Shown here one piece after another: positions 20,531-30,492 of a stretch of 64,000 nt of DNA (within the stretch, counting starts at the first letter, position 1; each line of letters starts with the position of its first letter). Made by a program: the position numbers and the translations under genes. The notes below the pieces were generated by a model that searched no databases, was not told where the DNA came from, and saw only the letters and a list, made by a program, of their open reading frames with translations. The stretch comes from an uncultured Proteiniphilum sp. (GTDB lineage: Bacteria > Bacteroidota > Bacteroidia > Bacteroidales > Dysgonomonadaceae), in the NCBI GenBank assembly GCA_964647535.1, contig CAZYGE010000004.1, positions 6,870 through 70,869 of the forward strand, given 5' to 3'.

Positions 20531-22714
20531 GAAGAATTTGATACGAACCAAACGTATTTCAGTTTCGTCGTATTCAGGTAGTTCTTCTTGTGCTTTTTCA
20601 AGGTCGTCTTTTTCTGTTTCTTTAAAATATAAGTATATGTCATCAATTACGTCTTGTGACATTATTTCATTTAGGAAATAATCTACATTAATTTTTGTGC
20701 CAGAATATACGATGGCCTCTACTTCAGATAGCATTTCTGAAAAATCTATCCCTTTGGATTCTGCTAGGTCGTCAAGTGCAACCTTTCGGTCTATGGCCTG
20801 AACTATTGATACTTTTAATTTTGATTTATTGGGTACGGTTTTAACGCGAAGATCTTCCGGACGTGTGATATCATTTTCCTCAACGTGCTTTTTGATAAGA
20901 TCCAAAAAGTCATTACCATATCTTTTTGCCTTACCTGAACCAACTCCCGGAATGTTCTGTAACTCCTCTATTGTGACGGGGTAGGAGGTTGCCATTGCTT
21001 CTAATGATGAAGGTTGGAATATCACATATGGAGGAACATTAAGTTTCTTAGATATTTTTTTTCTAAGATCTTTCATCATTGAATATAGCACAGGATCGGC
21101 TGCACCACCGCTTCCTCCACCCGCTCCAAGAATTTCTGAATCTTCTCCTTCTAAATCAGTTAAGTCCATATCATCATCATCTACTTTTATGATTTTGAAC
21201 GAAACTGGTTTCTTTAAAAAGTCTTTCCCTTTCTTTGTAAATTTGATAATTCCGTAATTCTCAATATCCTTTTTGAGATAGTTGTCAAGCAATGCCTGAC
21301 GAATTACCGCTGCCCAGGTACCGGCTTCTTCATCTGAACCGGAACCAAACTCTTCATGCTTATGATGTCCATAAGTCTCAATATCTGATGTTTCTTTTCC
21401 TATAAGAAAGTCTATCAAATGCTCAGTTTTTTGTTTTTCTTTCAGAACAGTAACTGCTTCTAATACTGTAATTAGTAATTCCTTTGCTTCCACTTTTATT
21501 TTTGGGTTTAAACAATTATCACAATTTCCGCAATTTGGTGTGTCGTAGTTTTCACCAAAGTAATGTAGTAACAAGCGTCTTCTACACACAGATGTTTCGG
21601 CATATGCCGCTGTTTCAAGTAGCAGTTGTCTGCCTATCTCCTGTTCAGATATAGGCTTGCCTTGCATAAAACGCTCTAGCTTCTGTAAATCTTTTTTTGA
21701 ATAGAACGCTATACAATTTCCTTCACCACCATCTCTTCCCGATCTGCCTGTTTCTTGATAGTATCCCTCGAGACTTTTGGGTATATTATAATGTATAACA
21801 TAACGTACATCGGGCTTGTCAATGCCCATACCAAATGCAATAGTTGCAACTATTACATCAGCTTTTTCCATTAAAAAAGCATCCTGATTTGTTGAACGCG
21901 CTACTGCATCCATACCAGCATGGTATGGTAAAGCATTTATATTATTTGCTTGTAGTATTTCTGCAAAATCATCAACCTTCTTTCTGCTAAGGCAATAAAT
22001 AATACCTGATTTGCCGCTTTGTGAAAGTATAAATTTAATAATATCTCTATCTATATGCTCTGTTTTTCTTCTTACTTCGTAATAAAGATTTGGTCTATTA
22101 AATGATGATTTGAACAGCTCACCATCTTCCATGCCAAGATTCTTTTTTATATCATGTTGCACTTTTGGTGTCGCCGTTGCTGTTAGAGCAATAATAGGGC
22201 GTGTACAGATCTCACTTATGATAGGTCTAATTCGTCTATACTCTGGTCGGAAGTCATGCCCCCATTCGGAAATACAGTGTGCTTCATCTACAGCATAAAA
22301 TGATATTGGAACTGTGCGGAGAAATTCAATATTCTCCATTTTTGTAAGAGATTCGGGTGCAACATATAGCATTTTGGTTTTTCCTGCAAGAATGTCTTTC
22401 TTAACCAGTTCAACCTCATTTTTATTAAGAGATGAATTTAAAAAATGTGCAATACCATCTATATCACTATGGTTTCTCATTGCATCTACCTGGTTTTTCA
22501 TTAAAGCAATGAGGGGTGAAATAATTATTGCCGTACCCTCCATAAGTAATGCCGGGAGTTGATAACAAAGAGATTTGCCGCCACCAGTTGGCATGAGCAC
22601 AAACGTGTCTTTTCCGGATAAAATACAGTTTATTATGGCCTCTTGATTTCCTTTAAAGGTGTCAAAACCAAAATACTTCTTTAATCCTTTGTAAATTAGA
22701 TCTTGTTTATTCAT
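20513..22714 (-). CDS. recQ: ATP-dependent DNA helicase RecQ
   Basis: MPTGGGKS, DEAH, QETGR.GRDG, Zn-binding CGNCDNC, HRDC domain. Confidence 0.96.
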   Translation of the reverse strand: MNKQDLIYKGLKKYFGFDTFKGNQEAIINCILSGKDTFVLMPTGGGKSLCYQLPALLMEGTAIIISPLIALMKNQVDAMRNHSDIDGIAHFLNSSLNKNEVELVKKDILAGKTKMLYVAPESLTKMENIEFLRTVPISFYAVDEAHCISEWGHDFRPEYRRIRPIISEICTRPIIALTATATPKVQHDIKKNLGMEDGELFKSSFNRPNLYYEVRRKTEHIDRDIIKFILSQSGKSGIIYCLSRKKVDDFAEILQANNINALPYHAGMDAVARSTNQDAFLMEKADVIVATIAFGMGIDKPDVRYVIHYNIPKSLEGYYQETGRSGRDGGEGNCIAFYSKKDLQKLERFMQGKPISEQEIGRQLLLETAAYAETSVCRRRLLLHYFGENYDTPNCGNCDNCLNPKIKVEAKELLITVLEAVTVLKEKQKTEHLIDFLIGKETSDIETYGHHKHEEFGSGSDEEAGTWAAVIRQALLDNYLKKDIENYGIIKFTKKGKDFLKKPVSFKIIKVDDDDMDLTDLEGEDSEILGAGGGSGGAADPVLYSMMKDLRKKISKKLNVPPYVIFQPSSLEAMATSYPVTIEELQNIPGVGSGKAKRYGNDFLDLIKKHVEENDITRPEDLRVKTVPNKSKLKVSIVQAIDRKVALDDLAESKGIDFSEMLSEVEAIVYSGTKINVDYFLNEIMSQDVIDDIYLYFKETEKDDLEKAQEELPEYDETEIRLVRIKFFSEMAN

Positions 22715-22871
22715 TTAATTAATCACTCTCTGACTTATTATATTGTCTAATAAAGCCTCACCACAAATATATATAAGTATTATTAAATTCCAATTAGATC
22801 AGTGAGGACAAATCACTCCTAAAGATAGTCTAAATATCAAAAATATCAAATTATAAACATATTTAGCCATT

Positions 22872-22905
22872 AAAAAAACGCAAGATTGAGCCATGCGTTT
22901 TTTTT
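22872..22905 (-). terminator. Possible bidirectional terminator after clpX
   Basis: AAAAAAACGCA/TGCGTTTTTTT inverted repeat; weak GC stem. Confidence 0.45.
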
Positions 22906-22934
22906 ATTATGATGAGAAATGATATTGCTGAGAT

Positions 22935-24176
22935 TTATGCTACCCTTAGATGATGCAAATCAGAGTTTTCAAGTTGATCCATTGCATATTTGCTTGTTAC
23001 GTGAAGCTTCTTCTTTTCACCTGAAGGAAGTGTAAACATGGCCTCTATCATTATAGCTTCAACAATTGATCTTAATCCTCTTGCTCCAAGTTTAAACTCA
23101 ATTGCCTTATCAACTATATACTCATAAGCACCTTCTTCAAAAGTTAATGCTACGCCATCCATACTGAATAGCTTTTGATATTGTTTTATGATTGAGTTCT
23201 TTGGCTCAGTAAGAATACGCTTTAAAGCATCTCTGTCTAATGGTTCAAGATATGTTAGTATCGGTAGACGACCAATGATCTCAGGAATCAATCCAAATGA
23301 CTTTAAATCAAGTGGAGTAATATATTTGAGCATATTTTCCCTATCAATGTGCTTTTTCTCTTGACTCGCAGCATAACCAACTACACGAGTATTTAGCCTT
23401 TGTGCTATTTTCTTCTCAATACCATCGAATGCACCGCCACAGATAAAGAGAATGTTTTTTGTGTCAACAGCTATCATGCGTTGTTCCGGATGCTTACGAC
23501 CACCTTGTGGTGGAACATTGATTACAGAACCTTCGAGCAGTTTTAGGAGTCCTTGTTGCACACCTTCACCACTTACATCTCTGGTAATTGAAGGATTGTC
23601 GCTCTTGCGTGCTATTTTATCAATTTCATCGATAAATACTATACCTCTTTCTGCGGCATTTACATCGTAGTCGGCTACCTGAAGAAGACGTGTTAGAATA
23701 CTTTCTATATCTTCTCCAACATAGCCGGCTTCTGTCAAAACAGTTGCATCAACTATTGTAAAAGGAACCTGCAGCATTTTGGCAATAGTTCTGGCAAGCA
23801 GAGTTTTTCCTGTACCTGTTGTCCCTACCATAATGATATTAGATTTTTCAATCTCAACGTCATCATTGACGTTTTTCTGTAATATTCTCTTATAGTGATT
23901 ATAAACCGCTACTGATAAGAACTTCTTTGCATTATCTTGTTGAATAATATATTCATCTAAGAATCCTTTTATTTCTGCAGGTTTAGGAAGTGAAGAAAAT
24001 GTGATTCCAACATCAGATTTACCATTGCTTTTAAATGAATCACTTACTATTTCATGTGCTTGCTCTGTACACATATCACATATGTAGCCTGTCATTCCGG
24101 AAATCAACAGATTTACTTCCTGTTCACTTCTTCCACAAAAACTACAATGGTTACTGCTGTTCGCTTTTTTTGCCAT
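22935..24176 (-). CDS. clpX: ATP-dependent Clp protease ATP-binding subunit
   Basis: CSFCGR zinc finger, [15 protein letters not shown] loop, [10 protein letters not shown]. Confidence 0.97.
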   Translation of the reverse strand: MAKKANSSNHCSFCGRSEQEVNLLISGMTGYICDMCTEQAHEIVSDSFKSNGKSDVGITFSSLPKPAEIKGFLDEYIIQQDNAKKFLSVAVYNHYKRILQKNVNDDVEIEKSNIIMVGTTGTGKTLLARTIAKMLQVPFTIVDATVLTEAGYVGEDIESILTRLLQVADYDVNAAERGIVFIDEIDKIARKSDNPSITRDVSGEGVQQGLLKLLEGSVINVPPQGGRKHPEQRMIAVDTKNILFICGGAFDGIEKKIAQRLNTRVVGYAASQEKKHIDRENMLKYITPLDLKSFGLIPEIIGRLPILTYLEPLDRDALKRILTEPKNSIIKQYQKLFSMDGVALTFEEGAYEYIVDKAIEFKLGARGLRSIVEAIMIEAMFTLPSGEKKKLHVTSKYAMDQLENSDLHHLRVA

Positions 24177-24181
24177 AGTTA

Positions 24182-24853
24182 TTACTTCCTGACTAACACA
24201 TCATCTACCATTCCGTACGTTTTTGCTTCGGAAGCCGTCATCCAGAAATCACGATCGGAGTCTCTGTTTACATCTTCGATAGGTTTTCCAGAATGCTTAG
24301 ATATAATACTATATAGTTCTTGCTTAATTTTTGCAATTTCACGAGCTGTAATTTCGATATCTGAAGCTTGTCCTTGAACACCACCCATTGGCTGATGAAT
24401 CATCACGCGTGAGTGAGTTAATGCATAACGTTTTTTTTCTTCACCTGCTACAAGCAATATAGCTGCCATTGAAGCAGCAATTCCTGTACAGATTGTTGAA
24501 ACATCACTTGAGATAAACTGCATTGTATCATAAATTCCAAGACCTGCATATACTGAACCACCGGGAGAATTAATATAAATAGAAATGTCTTTACCGGGGT
24601 CAGCAGAGTCAAGATACAGAAGTTGTGCCTGAATCACATTTGCTGTATAATCATTAATGGCTGTTCCCAGAAAGATAACGCGATCCATCATCAGACGCGA
24701 GAAAACATCCATTTGAGCAACATTTAATTGGCGCTCTTCAATAATTGTTGGGGAAATATAACCACTTTGACTTGTAATGTTCATATAGCTATCTAATTTG
24801 GAGCTACTCATTCCCAAGTGCTTTACGGCGTATTTTCTAAAATCGTTGTTCAT
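24182..24853 (-). CDS. clpP: ATP-dependent Clp protease proteolytic subunit
   Basis: YINSPGG, GIAASMA, RVMIHQP, DRD.W. Confidence 0.97.
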   Translation of the reverse strand: MNNDFRKYAVKHLGMSSSKLDSYMNITSQSGYISPTIIEERQLNVAQMDVFSRLMMDRVIFLGTAINDYTANVIQAQLLYLDSADPGKDISIYINSPGGSVYAGLGIYDTMQFISSDVSTICTGIAASMAAILLVAGEEKKRYALTHSRVMIHQPMGGVQGQASDIEITAREIAKIKQELYSIISKHSGKPIEDVNRDSDRDFWMTASEAKTYGMVDDVLVRK

Positions 24854-24897
24854 AATCTTTATTTAATTGTTCTACATTTGTTAATATGGAGAACTAG

Positions 24898-24913
24898 TGC
24901 AAATTAAGTGCCA
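24898..24913 (-). promoter_or_regulatory. Consensus sigma54-type -24/-12 promoter upstream of clpP-clpX
   Basis: Minus strand reads TGGCACTTAATTTGCA (TGGCAC-N5-TTGCA), 44 nt upstream of the clpP start. Confidence 0.7.
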
Positions 24914-24980
24914 GAATAGCACAAATTTAAAACGAATTATTGAATTATAAAACTAATTCATTTAAATCACTCTAATTATA

Positions 24981-26471
24981 CTATTCTTCGTCTTTCTCGG
25001 ATTGCACTTCTTTATCATCTATATCCTCATTTATCTGATTATCGTTTGCTTCAGAATCTTGACTTGCATCATGATTATGATCATGACCATCATCTTCAGA
25101 ATGTTCGTGAGAATGTTCACTCATTATTTCGTTAAACTTTTCTGAGCTTACAGTTTTATAAACAACATTGATATTTTCTTTCAGCCATTCAATAACTTTA
25201 TCTTCTGTGGCTTTTTCATAAAGATTCTGAATAGTTTCTTCTTTCTCCAAAAGGCTCTTTGAGTAATTTAAAAGAGCATCATCCGGAAGGTTAGCCATGC
25301 CGTATTGAGCAAACTGAGATCTTGCCACTTCTACTGCTAAAGCTTCTATATCAGAAAACTCAATTTTTATTTCATTGTCTTCAACAATCTTCTGTTTAAC
25401 TATCTGGAATTTAAGGTCATCCAGTATTTTTGGGAAGTCTTCTTCAATCTGTTCTTTTGTTCTTTCTTCGCTTACCTCATGCATCCAACGTTTCAAAAAT
25501 TCCTCTGGGAACTTAACGTCAGCCATCTTTTCAACTATTTTATCTCTCATCTCATGAATAAAGAGATGGTCGGCTCCCGGCTTAAACTGTCTAAGCAGAT
25601 GTTCTTTAACTTTTTCTCTGAATTCTTCTACATTCGATACTTTACCTTCTCCAAGAACACGGTCAAACAATTCCTGATTTAATTCAGCTTCTTCATATCG
25701 TGTTACTTCATTAATGTCAAAACGGAAGTCTGGATTTATATCTTTAATTTCTTCTTTTGTTTTCTGTAACAAGGAAGCTATTTCGGCCTCATTGTTATCG
25801 TAAGCTGTCTTTGGATTAAATACTACTGAATCACCAACTTTGGCACCAACAAATTCACCTTTAATCGTTTCATCTTTGACATATGAAGGCATTAAAACAG
25901 CATTTTCAACTATGATACCATCAATTTTATCTTCACCATTTTCAACTTCGGTTAGGGTGCCTTTGAGAAGATCTGTTTCAACAGATTCCTCTTCTACTTT
26001 AATGTATGTACCGAAATTTTGTTTGTAAGAATCGACTTGCTTTTCAAGCATGTCCTCTTCTAATTCCACATTATAATATACTTGTTCTATATCTTTGTCG
26101 AGTTTCAAGTCTATTTCGGGTGTAAGACCAACATTAAAGTGGAACTTGAAATTATCATCTTTATCAAGATCTACTTGATTCTCTTCGCTGTTATCAGCAA
26201 GCGGTTCACCAAGTATTTTTACTTTATTATCGCGAATAAAATTGCTAACCTCATTTGTTACAATTTTATTAATCTCATCAATTAAAACAGATTTGCCATA
26301 CATCTTTTGTATTACGCTTTTTGGCACTTTTCCTTGTCTAAAACCCGGAATATCTGCTCTCTGTCTAAGTTGATTTAATGATTTATTTACTGTTTCTTGA
26401 TAGTCTGCTTTCTCAAGCTCTATGACGATAGTACCATTTACATCGTCTGTTTTATTCAGTGTCGATTTCAT
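24981..26471 (-). CDS. tig: Trigger factor with His/acidic C-terminal extension
   Basis: IPGFRQGKVP ribosome-binding signature; tig-clpP-clpX order. Confidence 0.93.
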   Translation of the reverse strand: MKSTLNKTDDVNGTIVIELEKADYQETVNKSLNQLRQRADIPGFRQGKVPKSVIQKMYGKSVLIDEINKIVTNEVSNFIRDNKVKILGEPLADNSEENQVDLDKDDNFKFHFNVGLTPEIDLKLDKDIEQVYYNVELEEDMLEKQVDSYKQNFGTYIKVEEESVETDLLKGTLTEVENGEDKIDGIIVENAVLMPSYVKDETIKGEFVGAKVGDSVVFNPKTAYDNNEAEIASLLQKTKEEIKDINPDFRFDINEVTRYEEAELNQELFDRVLGEGKVSNVEEFREKVKEHLLRQFKPGADHLFIHEMRDKIVEKMADVKFPEEFLKRWMHEVSEERTKEQIEEDFPKILDDLKFQIVKQKIVEDNEIKIEFSDIEALAVEVARSQFAQYGMANLPDDALLNYSKSLLEKEETIQNLYEKATEDKVIEWLKENINVVYKTVSSEKFNEIMSEHSHEHSEDDGHDHNHDASQDSEANDNQINEDIDDKEVQSEKDEE

Positions 26472-26532
26472 TTATGATTTTTTTTATTCAAAGTCGGTTA
26501 AACTCAACCGCTTGAAACTTATATTAAGAGTG

Positions 26533-26540
26533 CAAAAATA
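26533..26540 (-). promoter_or_regulatory. -7 box (TATTTTTG) for tig
   Basis: TAnnTTTG ~60 nt upstream of the start. Confidence 0.5.
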
Positions 26541-26683
26541 GTCTTATTCTTTCAAATTGCAAAAAAAATATGAATCGTTTGAAAACGCAGCGCTCTTGCT
26601 TTTTGCATTCTTCGTTTTAACGTTGAGTATTGCACTATATATGCAGCGTTGAAGTGGGTCGCTATTGGGAACTTACATTTATT

Positions 26684-26746
26684 GGCAAGTTGAATTCTTG
26701 AACTAGTAAGTAGAATATATAAATTAGTAAGTTGAATTCTTGAAAA
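26684..26746. repeat. Degenerate 21-bp tandem repeat x3
   Basis: AAGTTGAATTCTTGAA exact at 26687 and 26729; degenerate AAGTAGAATATATAAA at 26708. Confidence 0.65.
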
Positions 26747-26827
26747 ACTAAGATAATTACTAATTGAACTTAGAGTTTCGTTTTCTAAATTGTTGATAGT
26801 ATCTTTGTATATTAATTGATAAGAAGT

Positions 26828-27742
26828 ATGCGTCTAATTTTAACTTCAGCTTCACCCGGTTTTAAAATTGCTTATCTGTTCTTATTCCTGATAATTGGGC
26901 TCTTTATTGCTGGTATAGTTTCAAAACTGATATTATTATTACCCAGGTTAGAGAGCAACAATTTAATTGTACATCTTTATGTCAATACAATTACGCAATC
27001 AATTTTTGCAATTGCAATACCTGCATATCTTATAGTGGCATGGACAAATAGTAGACCTAGGAAGTATTTCGAACTCGGTGTAGGTAAAAGGGTGGGAACA
27101 AATATAATTTTTACAGTAATAATATTTGTTTTTTCATACCTGTTTGCATCATTTCTTGCTAACTTGAATAAAGGCATGGCCTTACCTGAGTGGATGAAGG
27201 GTATTGAAGAAGTGATGCGTTCAATGGAAGATGCAGCACTTGAAACTACCAATCTTTTATTATCCGGTAAATCAATAGGGTCTCTTATACTCAATATATT
27301 GGTCATTGCCGGTTTAGCTGCAGTTGCAGAAGAACTATTCTTTCGTGGTGCAATGCAGCAGTTTATTAAAGAAAAGTTTAAAAACGGACATCTGACAGTT
27401 TGGTTAACTGCTTTGATCTTCAGTATAGTTCATTTTCAGTTTTACGGATTCTTACCAAGGCTTTTTTTAGGAGCGATTCTGGGTTATCTGTTTCTTTACA
27501 CCAAAAACTTATGGATGCCAATTATATTGCATTTTTTAAACAATGCTACAGTAATTGTGGTAAACTTCTTCTGGAGTGACACCGTTTGGTATAAACAAAT
27601 TGAAGAAGTCTCAATCACACCATTTTATATAATCATTGCTCTTACAAGTCTTGTATTAACAATTTTACTATTCATGACTTATAATAAAAGAGCAATTAAA
27701 ACAAGCTATTATGATACAAATTCAACAGACAATAATATCTGA
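26828..27742 (+). CDS. CPBP family intramembrane metalloprotease (Abi/CAAX)
   Basis: EELFFRG, F...H, H..NN motifs, multi-TM; TATCTTTG box at 26800-26807; ORF track start TTG 26816. Confidence 0.9.
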   Translation: MRLILTSASPGFKIAYLFLFLIIGLFIAGIVSKLILLLPRLESNNLIVHLYVNTITQSIFAIAIPAYLIVAWTNSRPRKYFELGVGKRVGTNIIFTVIIFVFSYLFASFLANLNKGMALPEWMKGIEEVMRSMEDAALETTNLLLSGKSIGSLILNILVIAGLAAVAEELFFRGAMQQFIKEKFKNGHLTVWLTALIFSIVHFQFYGFLPRLFLGAILGYLFLYTKNLWMPIILHFLNNATVIVVNFFWSDTVWYKQIEEVSITPFYIIIALTSLVLTILLFMTYNKRAIKTSYYDTNSTDNNI

Positions 27743-28295
27743 CGACATATTTGAAGAAACATTTATTTGCGATTTATGTAAGTGCAAAGGACAATGCTGC
27801 GTTGATGGCGAGTCAGGAGCACCAATAACTCACGATGAGTATAAACAAATAAATGAAATACTTCCCGAAATATGGAACGACCTGTCTCCCAAAGCACAGG
27901 AGGTAATTGACAAACAGGGTATTGCATATACTGATTATGATGGAGAGTTGGTAACATCTATTATAAAAGGAGAAGAGTGCGTTTTTACTTATTATGATGA
28001 AAATGGAATATGTAAATGTGCAATTGACAACGCCTACAGAGAAGGCAGAATACCTATAGAAAAGCCAATATCATGTCATCTTTATCCTATTAGACTAACA
28101 GAGTATAAAGAATACACAGCAGTAAATTACCACAGATGGTCTATATGCGAACCTGCAGTTGATCTAGGTAAGAAACATGGACTTCCGATATACCGATTCT
28201 TAAAAGAGCCTCTGATAAGAAAATTTGGAGAAGATTGGTACAATGAAGTTTGCGAAGCTGCTGATTTTTTAAAAGAAAGAAAAGAAAAGGGTTAA
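27711..28295 (+). CDS. DUF3109 family Cys-rich protein
   Basis: F.CDL..CKG.CC..G..GAP, C.I, KP.SCHLYPIR, FLKEPL.R.FG..WY. Confidence 0.85.
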   Translation: MIQIQQTIISDDIFEETFICDLCKCKGQCCVDGESGAPITHDEYKQINEILPEIWNDLSPKAQEVIDKQGIAYTDYDGELVTSIIKGEECVFTYYDENGICKCAIDNAYREGRIPIEKPISCHLYPIRLTEYKEYTAVNYHRWSICEPAVDLGKKHGLPIYRFLKEPLIRKFGEDWYNEVCEAADFLKERKEKG

Positions 28296-28327
28296 TTTAT
28301 GTGTTATGTAAAATCTTTGTTATATTT

Positions 28328-28354
28328 TTGCACATATATAATTAAACTGTGCAA
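28328..28354. promoter_or_regulatory. Inverted repeat TTGCACA-N13-TGTGCAA overlapping the -7 box; candidate TetR operator
   Basis: Perfect 7-bp arms immediately upstream of the TetR GTG; TATTTTTG at 28323-28330. Confidence 0.55.
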
Positions 28355-28359
28355 CAAAA

Positions 28360-28968
28360 GTGACATCAGCATTTTCAAAAACCCGATCTAATTTAATAGA
28401 TGTAGCTCGACAACTTTTCGCTAAGCAAGGTGTTGAAAACACAACAATGAACGATATTGCCAAAGCGTCTCAACGAGGTCGACGTACCTTGTACACATAT
28501 TTCAGCAGTAAACAGGATATCTACAAAGCAGTTATCGAATCTGAACTAAGTGGTTTGTACAAACAACTTGAGGCTGTTATCAAACGAAATATTCCTGCGG
28601 ATGATAAATTGATACTTCTGGCATTTACTAGATTAAATGCAATAAAAGAAGTTGTAACTCGCAACGGGACATTAAAAGCAGATTTTTTTAGAGACATATG
28701 GCAGGTAGAAACCGTGCGTAAAGGGTTCGATAGCAAAGAAATACAATACTTAGAAACAATAATCAAAGATGGTTGTGAACAAGAGATATTCCATCTAGAT
28801 GATATAAAACAAACTGCAGAAATATTGCATTATGCTTTTAAGGGACTTGAAGTACCTGCAATACGAGGCGTTATAAAACTTGATTATAATAAGAAGAGTG
28901 ATAGAGATTTAATATCTAACATAGTACTCAAAGGCTTATATGCCAAGAAACAAAGAAATGATCAGTAA
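28360..28968 (+). CDS. TetR/AcrR family transcriptional regulator
   Basis: A..LF...G...TTM.DIA...GRRTLY.YF.SK HTH. Confidence 0.92.
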   Translation: MTSAFSKTRSNLIDVARQLFAKQGVENTTMNDIAKASQRGRRTLYTYFSSKQDIYKAVIESELSGLYKQLEAVIKRNIPADDKLILLAFTRLNAIKEVVTRNGTLKADFFRDIWQVETVRKGFDSKEIQYLETIIKDGCEQEIFHLDDIKQTAEILHYAFKGLEVPAIRGVIKLDYNKKSDRDLISNIVLKGLYAKKQRNDQ

Positions 28969-29072
28969 AATTTAATTGAAAAATCAGAACTGATTGGCAA
29001 TATAAAATTAATTGATAAATATAAAACAGAAGAGCAAACGCTCATATGAAATTTAAATACATTATTTGATTT

Positions 29073-29819
29073 ATGAAATTACTAGAAGGTAAAACTGCAC
29101 TTATAACCGGTGCCGCACGTGGCATAGGCAAGGCGATTGCACTAAAGCTTGCTTCGGAGGGAGCAAATATTGCATTCACAGATCTAACGATTGATGAAAT
29201 AGGAAACGCTACAGAACGTGAAATCTCTTCATTAGGAGTAAAATGTAAGGGTTATGCTTCAAATGCAGCAAACTTTGAAGAATCTCACAAGATTGTAGAT
29301 GAAGTTCTTAAAGATTTTGACAGAATTGATATTCTTGTCAATAATGCCGGTATAACGAAAGATGGGCTCATTATGAGAATGAGCGAAGAGCAATGGGATG
29401 CAGTAATCAATGTAAACCTGAAATCGGCATTTAATTTCATTCATGCTGTAACTCCAATTATGATGCGTCAAAAATCCGGTAGTATCATAAATATGAGTTC
29501 AGTTGTTGGAGTATCAGGAAATGCAGGTCAGGCAAACTATTCAGCTTCAAAAGCCGGTATGATTGGACTCGCAAAATCTACAGCAAAAGAGCTGGGTTCA
29601 CGTGGAATCCGGGCTAATGCTATCGCTCCCGGGTTCATTATAACTGAAATGACCGGACAACTTTCAGATGAAGTACGTAAAGAGTGGGCAAAACAAATAC
29701 CACTGCGACGTGGAGGCACGCCCGAAGATGTTGCGAATGCGACGCTATTCTTAGCTTCAGATCTATCTTCGTATGTAAGTGGGCAAGTAATTAATGTTTG
29801 TGGAGGAATGAATACTTGA
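29073..29819 (+). CDS. fabG: 3-oxoacyl-ACP reductase
   Basis: TGAARGIG, NNAGITKD, GNAGQANYSASK, APGFI.T.M. Confidence 0.93.
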   Translation: MKLLEGKTALITGAARGIGKAIALKLASEGANIAFTDLTIDEIGNATEREISSLGVKCKGYASNAANFEESHKIVDEVLKDFDRIDILVNNAGITKDGLIMRMSEEQWDAVINVNLKSAFNFIHAVTPIMMRQKSGSIINMSSVVGVSGNAGQANYSASKAGMIGLAKSTAKELGSRGIRANAIAPGFIITEMTGQLSDEVRKEWAKQIPLRRGGTPEDVANATLFLASDLSSYVSGQVINVCGGMNT

Positions 29820-29820
29820 T

Positions 29821-30492
29821 ATGACCGTTCTTTACGAGGACAATCATATTATCATAGTAAACAAAGCCTCCGGTGAAATCGTACAAGGCGATAAAACTGG
29901 AGATAAACCGTTGTCGGAAATTGTTAAAGAGTATCTTAAAGAGAAATATAACAAACCCGGCAACGTTTTTTGTGGTGTAACCCATAGGTTAGATCGTCCT
30001 ACAACGGGAGTTTTAGTCTTTGCAAAAACAAGCAAAGCACTCTCAAGGCTCAATGAGATATTCAAAAACGACAAGATTGAAAAAACTTATTGGGCTATTG
30101 TGAAAAATAGACCGCCTGCAGCTGAAAGTAAGCTAGTACATTGGCTTATTAAAAACACAAAAAAAAATAAGTCAACCGCATTTGATAGTAAAAAGCCCGG
30201 AACAAAAAAAGCAGTGATGCAATATAAAATAATAGGAGCATCAGAAAATTACTACTTGCTAGATATTAATCTCGAAACTGGCAGACACCATCAAGTAAGA
30301 ACACAGTTATCTAAAATTGGCTGCCCCATTAAGGGAGACCTTAAATATGGAGCGCAGCGCTCTAATGCGGATGGAAGCATAAGTTTACATGCAAGAACCA
30401 TCTCATTTATACATCCGGTCTCAAAAATAAAAATAAAGATTACCGCACCTGTACCTGATTATAACCTCTGGAAGAGCTTTAAAATTACCTGA
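29821..30492 (+). CDS. RluA family pseudouridine synthase
   Basis: HRLDRPTTG, TGRHHQVR, GCPI.GD.KYG, LHA. Confidence 0.93.
   Translation: MTVLYEDNHIIIVNKASGEIVQGDKTGDKPLSEIVKEYLKEKYNKPGNVFCGVTHRLDRPTTGVLVFAKTSKALSRLNEIFKNDKIEKTYWAIVKNRPPAAESKLVHWLIKNTKKNKSTAFDSKKPGTKKAVMQYKIIGASENYYLLDINLETGRHHQVRTQLSKIGCPIKGDLKYGAQRSNADGSISLHARTISFIHPVSKIKIKITAPVPDYNLWKSFKIT

Noticed and set aside
26684-26746. Mini-CRISPR
   Set aside because: A 21-bp period with no unique spacers is too short, and no cas genes are present.
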